Of a stretch of DNA of 40,604 nt, positions 10,146-18,299 are shown piece by piece. The notes beneath the pieces are model-generated. The model ran no database searches, was not told the origin of the DNA, and saw nothing but the letters and a program-made list of their open reading frames with translations. Where the stretch lies: positions 1-40,604 of IMG/VR virus record IMGVR_UViG_3300017774_001647; one strand, written 5' to 3'. Position 1 is the stretch's first letter. Each line of letters begins with the position of its first letter. The DNA is from a virus (Duplodnaviria > Caudoviricetes). Made by a program: the position numbers and the translations under genes.

Positions 10146-10556
10146 ATGAATTGGTTTTATAAAGGTGAAGAAGTAACAGATATAGCTCAGCTACCTGAAA
10201 ATACATTTGGGTTTATTTACGAAATAACTCACATATCTTCAGGAAAGAAGTATATAGGTAAAAAGCAACTTATGTCTTACAGAACTCTTCCACCTCTAAA
10301 AGGCGAGAAGAAAAAAAGAAAGATTGTAAAAGAAGGCGATTGGAAGACCTACTATGGATCTCATGTAGAAGTTAAAAAACTGGTTAAGGAATCAAAAGGG
10401 GATTTTAAGAGGGAGATACTACAGTTTGTGCCTACTAAGAAACAATTAACCTATTTTGAAAACAAGTGGCTATTTTGTAATGGAGTAATAGAACCCGATT
10501 CAGAATATTTTAATGATAATATTGAAAATAGATATTTTAAAAGAGATTTTATATGA
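10146..10556 (+). CDS. GIY-YIG family endonuclease (short, T4 EndoII/Seg-like)
   Basis: GFIYEIT...KKYIGKK, then YYGS, FKREIL, a catalytic-type E (YFE) and a late N (YFNDNI). Confidence 0.8.
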   Translation: MNWFYKGEEVTDIAQLPENTFGFIYEITHISSGKKYIGKKQLMSYRTLPPLKGEKKKRKIVKEGDWKTYYGSHVEVKKLVKESKGDFKREILQFVPTKKQLTYFENKWLFCNGVIEPDSEYFNDNIENRYFKRDFI

Positions 10557-10579
10557 AGTTAGCAGAAATAATTTTTTAA
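10553..10579 (+). pseudogene. Leader-only micro-ORF MKLAEIIF*, probable relic of a cargo gene
   Basis: ATGA overlap with the upstream stop. The peptide matches leaders MKLTDLIFE and MKITDIILE, with TAA where E is expected. Confidence 0.4.
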
Positions 10580-10614
10580 TCTTATTTTTTTCATTTTCAT
10601 ACGTTTAAATTTTT

Positions 10615-10639
10615 AAGGCTTGTTAATTCAAGCTTTTTT
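10615..10639 (+). terminator. Hairpin plus U-tract (possible intrinsic terminator), overlapping the promoter
   Basis: AAGGCTTG-TTAATT-CAAGCTTT followed by TTT. Confidence 0.45.
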
Positions 10640-10649
10640 AATATCTTTA
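10620..10649 (+). promoter_or_regulatory. Bacteroidota-type housekeeping-sigma promoter upstream of primase
   Basis: TTG (10620-22), a 19-nt spacer, then TATCTTTA (10642-49). Consensus is TTG-N19-21-TAnnTTTG, so one mismatch. Confidence 0.5.
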
Positions 10650-10667
10650 CCAATATAAAAATAAGTT

Positions 10668-11612
10668 ATGTCTGAAACCGAGAGATATTTACTTGGAGGA
10701 TTAGAAACCTATTTAGGGACTTCTCACAATACTTCCAATTCGAATTATTCGTTTCATTGCCCTTTTTGCAATCACCGAAAGCCTAAGCTAGAGGTCAACA
10801 TAAAGACTAATGAACGGGGTGAGAACCTGTACGCATGCTGGGTTTGTGGGGTTAAGGGTAGGAAGATATCTAAATTATTGAGGCTTCTTAAAGTATCCAA
10901 GGAGGATGCGGTCAAAGTACTTCAGTATGTAAAAAAAGGATTGGAGGATGATTATTATGGGTATAACGATGTATCTGCTTTAGAGCTTCCACAAGAATTT
11001 ATTCCTTTATGGGATTCCAAAAATAACTCAGTTCCTACGAATAGGGCTAAAAATTATTTATATTCAAGAGGTCTTACTGATTATGATATTCGAAAATACC
11101 AAATAGGTTATGCTATAGATGGGGATTATGCTGACAGGATAATTATTCCATCCTATAATGAATTCGGCAAGTTGGAGATGTTTATAGGTAGATCCTTAAA
11201 ACAATCCTACATAACCTACCTTAAGCCAACAGTTGATGCTAATGAGATTGTATTCTTTGATAATCTTATTAACTGGAATAAACCAGTGGTTATTTGTGAG
11301 GGGGTGTTCGATGCTATTGCGATTAAGAGAAATGCTATTCCATTATTGGGTAAATTTGCTAGGGAGGGACTTAAGAAAAAATTGATTGAGAATAATACTC
11401 CTGCAGTTTACATAGCATTGGATGAGGATGCAAAAAAGGAATCAATAAAATTAGGGGAGGACCTATTAAAGTTGGGTAAGAGGGTTTACATAGTTGATGT
11501 AAAAGAAAAAGACCCAGGTCAAATAGGAATGACTAGATTCCAAGAGTACCTAGAACAATCTCAAGAATTAGATATAACCTCAATAATTAAACAAAAATTA
11601 CTAAACATATGA
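10668..11612 (+). CDS. DNA primase (Zn finger plus TOPRIM)
   Basis: HCPFCNH...CWVCG, RIIIP, ICEGVFDAI, IALDEDA, KDPG. Confidence 0.92.
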   Translation: MSETERYLLGGLETYLGTSHNTSNSNYSFHCPFCNHRKPKLEVNIKTNERGENLYACWVCGVKGRKISKLLRLLKVSKEDAVKVLQYVKKGLEDDYYGYNDVSALELPQEFIPLWDSKNNSVPTNRAKNYLYSRGLTDYDIRKYQIGYAIDGDYADRIIIPSYNEFGKLEMFIGRSLKQSYITYLKPTVDANEIVFFDNLINWNKPVVICEGVFDAIAIKRNAIPLLGKFAREGLKKKLIENNTPAVYIALDEDAKKESIKLGEDLLKLGKRVYIVDVKEKDPGQIGMTRFQEYLEQSQELDITSIIKQKLLNI

Positions 11613-12391
11613 TAAGACAGGGGGAAAACTTATTGACAGAAAATAAGAGGGGGAAATTAAAATATGAACCAGATCTAAAAACAGTATCATTTTTAGATAA
11701 AAGATATTATAAGAGGTCTGAGGATGTGTACTACCCATCAGTAACAACATATTTGGACTATATGCCTAAAAATAAATTCTTTCAGGAATGGGTTAAAGAT
11801 GTGGGTCATAATGCAGACATTATATTAGAAAGAGCAGCTAGAGAGGGTAATCAGGTTCACAGTGCCGTAGAAGAACTAGTACTAGGAAATACTGTAAATT
11901 GGCTAGATGAGTATGGTAATACCAAATACAATTATCTAGTATGGAATATGATTTTAAAGTTTCATGAGTTTTGGACAACCTATAAACCTACATTGATTAA
12001 AACCGAGGGGGTTGTGTATTCTGATACCCACAAGTATGCAGGAAGATATGATTTACTAGTAGAATTAGACAAAGAAGTTTGGCTACTAGATGTAAAGACT
12101 TCTAATAGTTTACATAAAACCTATGATGTACAACTATCATGCTATGTAAAAGCATTAAAAGAAACTTTAGATATCGATGTAGAACGAGCAGGCATTATTT
12201 GGCTAAAAGCTCAGACAAGAGGTGAATCTAAAAAGAAAGGCATATACCAAGGTAAGGGATGGCAGATAAAAGAGGTTGAAGACTTTGATCATAATTTCGA
12301 ATTATTCAAGCATGTTCAAGCATTCTTTTTAGAGGATAATGGAGACACAATGCCAAATACTATCAAAATACCTACTACTCTAAGTTTGTAA
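11609..12391 (+). CDS. PD-(D/E)xK exonuclease (Cas4/RecB-like phage exonuclease)
   Basis: YPSVTT, GNQVHSAVE, YAGRYDLL, LLDVKTS, QLSCY. Confidence 0.85.
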   Translation: MIRQGENLLTENKRGKLKYEPDLKTVSFLDKRYYKRSEDVYYPSVTTYLDYMPKNKFFQEWVKDVGHNADIILERAAREGNQVHSAVEELVLGNTVNWLDEYGNTKYNYLVWNMILKFHEFWTTYKPTLIKTEGVVYSDTHKYAGRYDLLVELDKEVWLLDVKTSNSLHKTYDVQLSCYVKALKETLDIDVERAGIIWLKAQTRGESKKKGIYQGKGWQIKEVEDFDHNFELFKHVQAFFLEDNGDTMPNTIKIPTTLSL

Positions 12392-12392
12392 C

Positions 12393-12400
12393 TATTTATA
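12393..12400 (+). promoter_or_regulatory. TATTTATA putative late-promoter motif
   Basis: Immediately after the exonuclease stop, 22 nt before ATG 12423. Confidence 0.5.
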
Positions 12401-12422
12401 CTATAGATATTAATACTATATT

Positions 12423-12929
12423 ATGAATTTACAGATAGGAAAATCACTAGACGATATACAGGACATGTTTAAACACATGGATTTTAGCAGTAGGCCCGAG
12501 ATAGCTCCCATTGAGTTAGAAACCCCTATGATTCAATCAGATGATGCTAATATGGAGTTTAATTATACCCCAATATTGGCATCTTTGGTAGAGTATATGA
12601 TTAATTCAGGGATGAATATTGAACCTCTTCCTAGTATAAAAATTAGAAGTGATGAGGAGGAGGGTAAAAGTTTTTTTGGTAAAACAGCTTATTATGATCC
12701 ATCCCAAAGAGAGATTGTTTTATATGTTCATAGCAGGCATCCTAAGGACGTTGTACGGTCTTTCTCTCACGAGATGATACATCATATGCAAAATTTAGAA
12801 AATCGCTTAGGAGGCATAGAAACATGCAATACAAATGAGGATGATAATTTATTAAATATAGAGAAGGAAGCCTATCTTGAAGGGAACATCACATTTAGAA
12901 AGTGGGAAGATACTGTTAAGAATTCATAA
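12423..12929 (+). CDS. Zincin-like metallopeptidase (HExxH)
   Basis: TAYYDP...IVLY...RSFSHEMIHHMQ...EKEAY. Confidence 0.75.
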   Translation: MNLQIGKSLDDIQDMFKHMDFSSRPEIAPIELETPMIQSDDANMEFNYTPILASLVEYMINSGMNIEPLPSIKIRSDEEEGKSFFGKTAYYDPSQREIVLYVHSRHPKDVVRSFSHEMIHHMQNLENRLGGIETCNTNEDDNLLNIEKEAYLEGNITFRKWEDTVKNS

Positions 12930-12940
12930 ATAAGTTTTAA

Positions 12941-13513
12941 ATGGATACGTTACTTAAAAAAGATTTTAATAGAAGAGATGTAGAGAGGATTAGAAATCTT
13001 GTTAATAAAGATTTTTCTTCTGGCACAAAAACAGGAATTGGTTATGAACGAAAATCTGTAAGTTATGTAGAAGGAGATATATGGGAAGAATCAGGTAAAA
13101 CTTGGACCATAAAAAATGGTCTTAAACAGAGCATAACAAAACTAGATTCTGCAAAGAAAGCATTGCAAATGCCTTTGAGTTGCCCAAAGTGTGGGGGACC
13201 TATGAAGCATCATTTAGCTAAAAAGATGTATAAGATACATGGATTCTGCTTTGATCCTTGTACTGTAGAATATGAAGCTAGTTTGAGAAAGCTAGGTCTA
13301 TATGAACAGTACGAGAAGAGAATGGTTCAAGGTAATATGAGGGCATTCAGCCAAGACATAGAAGAGTGGTTAAAGGACCACATTCAAACTACTAACACAT
13401 TTGTAACAGAGCAGGGAGATGTAGAGGATTGGAAATCTAATACAGATAGAGATTCTCAAGCTATTAAAAATGTAGAAGAAATACTTTCCCAAATAAGAAA
13501 GTACATAGATTAG
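12941..13513 (+). CDS. Zn-finger hypothetical protein
   Basis: CPKCG...CFDPC, plus EGDIWEESGKTWTIKNG. Confidence 0.6.
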   Translation: MDTLLKKDFNRRDVERIRNLVNKDFSSGTKTGIGYERKSVSYVEGDIWEESGKTWTIKNGLKQSITKLDSAKKALQMPLSCPKCGGPMKHHLAKKMYKIHGFCFDPCTVEYEASLRKLGLYEQYEKRMVQGNMRAFSQDIEEWLKDHIQTTNTFVTEQGDVEDWKSNTDRDSQAIKNVEEILSQIRKYID

Positions 13514-13529
13514 TATATTTATATAATAT

Positions 13530-14045
13530 ATGAAACTATCTGAATTAAAATCTTTAGTAAACGAATCACTTGATAACTGGTTTAAGGAGAAGTGGGTTAG
13601 AATAACTACCGCTGGTAATATAGCTGGCCCATGTGGAACTTCTAAAGACACAAAGAATCCTGATAGATGCCTACCTAGAGCAAAGGCACAATCCTTAACT
13701 AAAGCAGAAAGAGCCGCTACTGCTAGGAAGAAGAAAGCCGCTGGATCAAAGGGTAAACAAGTTGTTCCTAATACTGATAAAGCAAAAGTAACAAAAGAAA
13801 CAGCAAATCCGCAAGATGGAAAATCATCACCATACGGATCGGGGTTTAGAAAAGTAACTCGAGAGTCTATAACAGAGATTGTTAGGGATATAATTTCTGA
13901 AAAGAAGAAGAAAAAGAAAAAGAAAAAGAAAGATGATAGATGTACTAGGATTGCAAAATCTGAGTACGACACTTGGCCCTCTGCATATGCATCTGGGGCT
14001 GTAGTTAGATGTCGTAAAGGTGACATATGGAAAAACGTAAAATAA
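13530..14045 (+). CDS. Basic two-module protein with leader and poly-Lys tract (probable internal head/DNA-binding protein)
   Basis: Leader MKLSELKSLVNE; WFKEKWV...DRCLP module; K10 tract; WPSAYASGAVVRCRK module. TATTTATA at 13516-23. Confidence 0.6.
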   Translation: MKLSELKSLVNESLDNWFKEKWVRITTAGNIAGPCGTSKDTKNPDRCLPRAKAQSLTKAERAATARKKKAAGSKGKQVVPNTDKAKVTKETANPQDGKSSPYGSGFRKVTRESITEIVRDIISEKKKKKKKKKKDDRCTRIAKSEYDTWPSAYASGAVVRCRKGDIWKNVK

Positions 14046-14491
14046 GAAGATCTGACATAGTAGCTTTTAGTAGGGAAATACTCAATGAGTATGTAAAACA
14101 TGCAAATGAATCTAAAGTAAATACTTCAGAAGTAAGATATAGTTTCCCTAATTTTGATAGGGAGTGGATGGAGGCCCAAAGGTATCCTGAATTTGTTGAA
14201 ATGGGAAAACAGGGTTGGATTGATATTTCAAAAAAAGGTAAACCAGTTTCTTTTTCTACTATAAGAAAAGTATTAGGAAATGCTGATTTAAGTTTTATTA
14301 ATTTAGAGGAGCCTAAAAAAGAACGCTTTAAAAGAGCATTTGAAAAGGGTCAAATAGAAATGCCCATAGCTGTTAAATTCAGTGATACGGATTACGATTT
14401 AGTTGCAGGTAATACAAGATTAGCTGGATTAGTTAAGAACGGAATCAATCCTGAAATATGGATTGTAGATTTAACCAGACTCAAAAAATGA
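14027..14491 (+). CDS. ParB/sulfiredoxin-like domain protein
   Basis: MPIAVK...YDLVAGNTRL matches the ParB/Srx GxxR motif. The N-terminus RRSDIVAFSREILNE is leader-like. Confidence 0.65.
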   Translation: MEKRKIRRSDIVAFSREILNEYVKHANESKVNTSEVRYSFPNFDREWMEAQRYPEFVEMGKQGWIDISKKGKPVSFSTIRKVLGNADLSFINLEEPKKERFKRAFEKGQIEMPIAVKFSDTDYDLVAGNTRLAGLVKNGINPEIWIVDLTRLKK

Positions 14492-14961
14492 AAATAACTG
14501 AATTAATTAAAGATCTAGTAAAAGAGGGGAAGCTGTCTGACTATGGTGATAATAATACACCTGCTGCTTTAAATAAAGAAAAAGAAATAAAAGGTAAAAA
14601 TATTAAACCGGAAGATTCTATTACAGATTTAGACCTTAACACCTTAAATAGAAATCAAACTATAAAAGAATATCGATACGGTCCGCTAAACCCTGAAGAT
14701 GAAAAGGGATCTAAGAAATTCTGGGAAGATAAGGCCGATATGTGGAATACTACTGTAGAGCATGCTAAAACATCAAGATGTGCAAATTGCTCTGCTTTTG
14801 ATAAATCTAAATCAACATTGGATAAAATAGCTAAGGGATTAGGAGAAGAAGGTAAGCAAATGGTTAAACAATCCAACCTTGGATTTTGTGAACTGTTCTG
14901 GTTTAAGTGTGCAGGCGCAAGAACTTGCGATGCTTGGATAGGTGGGGGACCAATAAAATAA
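14488..14961 (+). CDS. Cys-rich hypothetical protein with leader (start corrected to 14488)
   Basis: ATGA overlap gives MKITELIKDLVKE. RCANCSAF...FC....FKC....TCDAW is a candidate metal or Fe-S binding set. Confidence 0.6.
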   Translation: MKITELIKDLVKEGKLSDYGDNNTPAALNKEKEIKGKNIKPEDSITDLDLNTLNRNQTIKEYRYGPLNPEDEKGSKKFWEDKADMWNTTVEHAKTSRCANCSAFDKSKSTLDKIAKGLGEEGKQMVKQSNLGFCELFWFKCAGARTCDAWIGGGPIK

Positions 14962-14965
14962 CAGT

Positions 14966-15592
14966 ATGTTTATTTCAGAAAATACTTTAAATAGTAACCC
15001 ATATTATACTAAGAAAACAGATTTAGAGTATATCCTACTAGATCCTAATTGTGTAAATTTATTTGATCAGAATGGATATCATTTAACATTGGCGGAACAA
15101 GCTTTTTTAGTTGTAAACGGGTATAAAGCAGTAGAGAGACGACACGAAGATTCTTTACGGTATGACTGGATTGTATGGGATAAAAAAAAAGGTGCTCATA
15201 TTAATCATTCGGACATATTTGAGAGAAAAGGCTTTAGTGGAGATGCTAAAATACAATTACAAGCTTTTGCAAAGAAAAACCCAATGTTATATAAGCTCTT
15301 AAAAATGAAACCTAAGTGGGGTATTGATATTTCAATAGACTATGTATCAGAAGATGCTGTTTTTGAAGTCTTTCATTACGAATGGGATTCTTTTAATTAC
15401 GAAGATTTAGTTAATAAGAAAGAAGAGGTGGAAAACTTTGTAGTACGTACTGATTGGGAAGATGTAGCTAAAACACTTTGGAAAATTAAAGACCGTTGGT
15501 ATAATCTAGACTTTTTTAGTCAAACTCAATGGCGTACAGATTATTTTGGACTTTCGCCTGAAAAGTTTAAAAATAATATCTGGGACTTATAA
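14966..15592 (+). CDS. Hypothetical protein
   Basis: 208-aa aromatic-rich ORF (LFDQNGYHLT, KPKWGIDISIDY). Function not recognised. Confidence 0.55.
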   Translation: MFISENTLNSNPYYTKKTDLEYILLDPNCVNLFDQNGYHLTLAEQAFLVVNGYKAVERRHEDSLRYDWIVWDKKKGAHINHSDIFERKGFSGDAKIQLQAFAKKNPMLYKLLKMKPKWGIDISIDYVSEDAVFEVFHYEWDSFNYEDLVNKKEEVENFVVRTDWEDVAKTLWKIKDRWYNLDFFSQTQWRTDYFGLSPEKFKNNIWDL

Positions 15593-15643
15593 ACCAATTG
15601 TGTATAAATAATAAGTAACTATTTATTACTATAAAATTAAGAT

Positions 15644-16012
15644 ATGACCCAAGTGGAATTTAAAATATTAGAAACGGTATTATCCGAACTCAAGAGCATT
15701 AGAACAGGAATGCCTAATGGTGAGTTGAAGCAGATACTTGAATCCCAAAGGGAGATGAAGGAAGATATTTCTGAGTTAAAGTACACATTACTTAACCCAG
15801 AGGATGGGGTGATAGTAAAAGTTAATAGAAATACGGACTTTAGAAAATCCTCCGAAAAAAAATCAGATGAGTATCATCAATTAATAAAAGATTTAGAAGA
15901 TTTAAAGGGGTGGAAACAAACTGTTATTAAGGTTCTTTGGATTTTATTCGGGGCAGTAGTAACTATTTTAACCAAAGTATTTTTTTATACAACAACAGGA
16001 ACTACATTATAA
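15644..16012 (+). CDS. Coiled-coil protein with C-terminal transmembrane helix (holin-like candidate)
   Basis: VIKVLWILFGAVVTILTKVFF. TATTTAT at 15620-26. Confidence 0.5.
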   Translation: MTQVEFKILETVLSELKSIRTGMPNGELKQILESQREMKEDISELKYTLLNPEDGVIVKVNRNTDFRKSSEKKSDEYHQLIKDLEDLKGWKQTVIKVLWILFGAVVTILTKVFFYTTTGTTL

Positions 16013-17709
16013 TGGTACAAACTTTAACACTACAGCAAGTTTCAGAAAAACTTCTGAAAGTAGAAAAGGCTCTAGGGACTCTCTACAATATAAACTCACC
16101 AGAGGCTATCGGTAAAATTAAAACTTTAAAAGTTATTAAAGAGTCTCTTCTAAATAAGAAAGCAATACTATTGAAAGAATCAAGTAGTATTTTTGTAACA
16201 AATAAATCAGGAAAAACTACAGTACTTTCTGCAGAGCCGGGGGATATTACTGCTATTGATAAGACTATTGATCAAGACCCAGCTATTACGAAAGCAGTAA
16301 CTTCTGCTGGAAAAAAATTAAAAGAGGCTGAGGAATCTGATGTAGCTTTGAATATGGATTATGTTGGTAAAGTATTAACAAGTTTATTCACTGATTTTTT
16401 AAGAAATATTGGGGAAGAAATAAGTAGCGTAGACTACAATTCTATTTCCAAAGATGAGATAGAGGTAAAAATTCAATTTAAGGAAGGAACTAATAAGAAC
16501 TATAAATTCAAAATAGAAGGGGATAAGCTTTTTATTGATGGAAATTATTTGATTGATCTTAGTAGATTACCATCTGGGGAAGTACAAATCCCTCAAGAAA
16601 CATTAAGCTCAAGCTTATATAAACATTTTGAAGGTAAATTAGAATTTAATGATATGGATGTTAATGAAGAATTATTAGATGAAGCTTCTTGGAAACAGAT
16701 TGTTTTAGGTCTAGGTCTTACAGCTGCAACAATTGCAGGAATCGGAAAAGCGTTTTTACCTCCATCTGCTGAAGAATTAAGAGATAAAGAAACGCTTCAA
16801 AAAGTAGTTAATTTACAAAAAGAAGCACTAGAAAGAACTTCGGATGAAGACGTTTTAAAAATGGTAAGATCACTTGAGGGGTTCCTTAATACATCATACA
16901 TACAGTTTTCAGCACAACAAGCTGACAGGCTAGGCTCAGAAAAAATGAGTAGCTTAATTAATCAAGAAGCTAGAACTATTATTGAAAAATTAATTCAAAC
17001 AGGAAATGAAAACGTCAAAGCTGGATTTTTAGTTAAAGCTGATGGTACAATGACTTGGGTAAATCCAACTAAAATTTCACCCGTAAATGAAGATATCGTT
17101 ACAGATGTAAAAGGAAACATTCTTCATGTTGGGGACAAAATAAAAGTAGGTAATATTATTTTTGAAATTAATTTTGATTACAAGGAAAACCTAGTATATT
17201 TGAATACAGGTAAAAATAAAGTTTATGGAGGCACTAAAGAATTTAAAGTGCTTTTAGAAAGCTCAAACTTGTATGGAGCGGATAAAAATCTACTTGAAAT
17301 GGTAGAAGTGGGCGATAGAGTCAAAATAAGTAAGAGTTACGGTGGAAGCAGAGGTACTGTAGTAGATAAAAAAGATTCTTTTATTACATTAGAGGGTGGG
17401 GAGTCTTATCCTGAATCTGAAGTAGTAAATGTTTCTAGAAAGTTAGGTCAGGATGTAGATCTTGGCCATGTGGATGATGAGCCGGGTATGCTATCTCAAA
17501 CTGCCTATGAAACAGCAGTGCATGCAGCAAATATTTACAAGCAGCTTAAGGCTTACGAAAGATTAAATACAGAAATAGATTTTCCAAATTGGTGGCAGTC
17601 TAAAGTAATTCTAGCTAAAGATTACATAAGTAAAGCTGATTCTTGGTTGGAATTTACAACAAGAGAGCGTAACTTTATGGAGGAAGAAAAAAATACAAAA
17701 GAATCATGA
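16012..17709 (+). CDS. Large multi-module probable internal head protein (start corrected to 16012)
   Basis: TAATG coupling gives MVQTL. Modules are separated by LKE, VNE, LDE and LLE. Includes a hydrophobic helix, KOW/SH3-like modules (VGDKIKV, VGDRVKI) and a C-terminal FPNWWQSKV module. Confidence 0.6.
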   Translation: MVQTLTLQQVSEKLLKVEKALGTLYNINSPEAIGKIKTLKVIKESLLNKKAILLKESSSIFVTNKSGKTTVLSAEPGDITAIDKTIDQDPAITKAVTSAGKKLKEAEESDVALNMDYVGKVLTSLFTDFLRNIGEEISSVDYNSISKDEIEVKIQFKEGTNKNYKFKIEGDKLFIDGNYLIDLSRLPSGEVQIPQETLSSSLYKHFEGKLEFNDMDVNEELLDEASWKQIVLGLGLTAATIAGIGKAFLPPSAEELRDKETLQKVVNLQKEALERTSDEDVLKMVRSLEGFLNTSYIQFSAQQADRLGSEKMSSLINQEARTIIEKLIQTGNENVKAGFLVKADGTMTWVNPTKISPVNEDIVTDVKGNILHVGDKIKVGNIIFEINFDYKENLVYLNTGKNKVYGGTKEFKVLLESSNLYGADKNLLEMVEVGDRVKISKSYGGSRGTVVDKKDSFITLEGGESYPESEVVNVSRKLGQDVDLGHVDDEPGMLSQTAYETAVHAANIYKQLKAYERLNTEIDFPNWWQSKVILAKDYISKADSWLEFTTRERNFMEEEKNTKES

Positions 17710-18239
17710 GGAAATCAGATTTAAAGGATATAATTCTAGAGGCATACGCAGAAGTATTATCTGAGCAGAGTGTTCCTACAACAATGGATGAGCTACTAGC
17801 TAGATTTCCATCTCTTTACAGAGCGGTTAATAATTTATTGACAAAGGATTATAGGAATTTTGCTACGGCCATAGAGTGGGTATCCCCCAAGCCTAGTACA
17901 TTTAGAGTCATATTAAACAACCAGCAAGCATTTTATTTGAAGTGGCTAGGTAAAGGATTTCAAGCTACTATAGAAGGTAAAAAATACTATATAGAAAACG
18001 TTGCTGAATTTCAACAAGCTCTAGACAGAGTTTCAGAGCTATTAAAGCACAGTGAACCTCAGGTAGACACCCCTGATTTGGGAGATGATATTGCTCCTGC
18101 AGCAGCTTCTGCCGACTTTGGGGATACTGCTAGTGCTCCCACACCAGACGCAGGGGCTACAACAACTGCAACTGAATTTGAAGAAGAGCCAACTCCTCCG
18201 GGAGAGGCCGCTCCTGAATTTGAAGAGCCTGCAGCTTAA
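17706..18239 (+). CDS. Hypothetical protein with leader and acidic Pro/Ala tail
   Basis: MRKSDLKDIILEAYAEVLSE; WVSPKPSTFRV. Confidence 0.6.
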   Translation: MRKSDLKDIILEAYAEVLSEQSVPTTMDELLARFPSLYRAVNNLLTKDYRNFATAIEWVSPKPSTFRVILNNQQAFYLKWLGKGFQATIEGKKYYIENVAEFQQALDRVSELLKHSEPQVDTPDLGDDIAPAAASADFGDTASAPTPDAGATTTATEFEEEPTPPGEAAPEFEEPAA

Positions 18240-18245
18240 AAATAA

Positions 18246-18269
18246 TACTACTAATATAATTTAGTAGTA
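18246..18269. promoter_or_regulatory. Perfect 9-bp inverted repeat around TATAAT (operator or hairpin)
   Basis: TACTACTAA-TATAAT-TTAGTAGTA, 30 nt upstream of ATG 18300. Confidence 0.45.
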
Positions 18270-18299
18270 CCATAGGTTATAAAACTATTAAAAACTTAT

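Noticed and set aside
10146-10556. Intron-encoded homing endonuclease
   Set aside because: It is free-standing and short, has no DNA-binding extension, and the flanking genes are not split.
11609-12391. Cas4 as evidence of a CRISPR-Cas system
   Set aside because: It lacks the four-Cys Fe-S set and is coupled to primase, as expected for a phage replication exonuclease.
15603-15610. Canonical T4 late promoter TATAAATA on the sense strand
   Set aside because: It is the only intergenic copy I noticed and lies beside a TATTTAT copy, so it is not the recurring motif of this genome.
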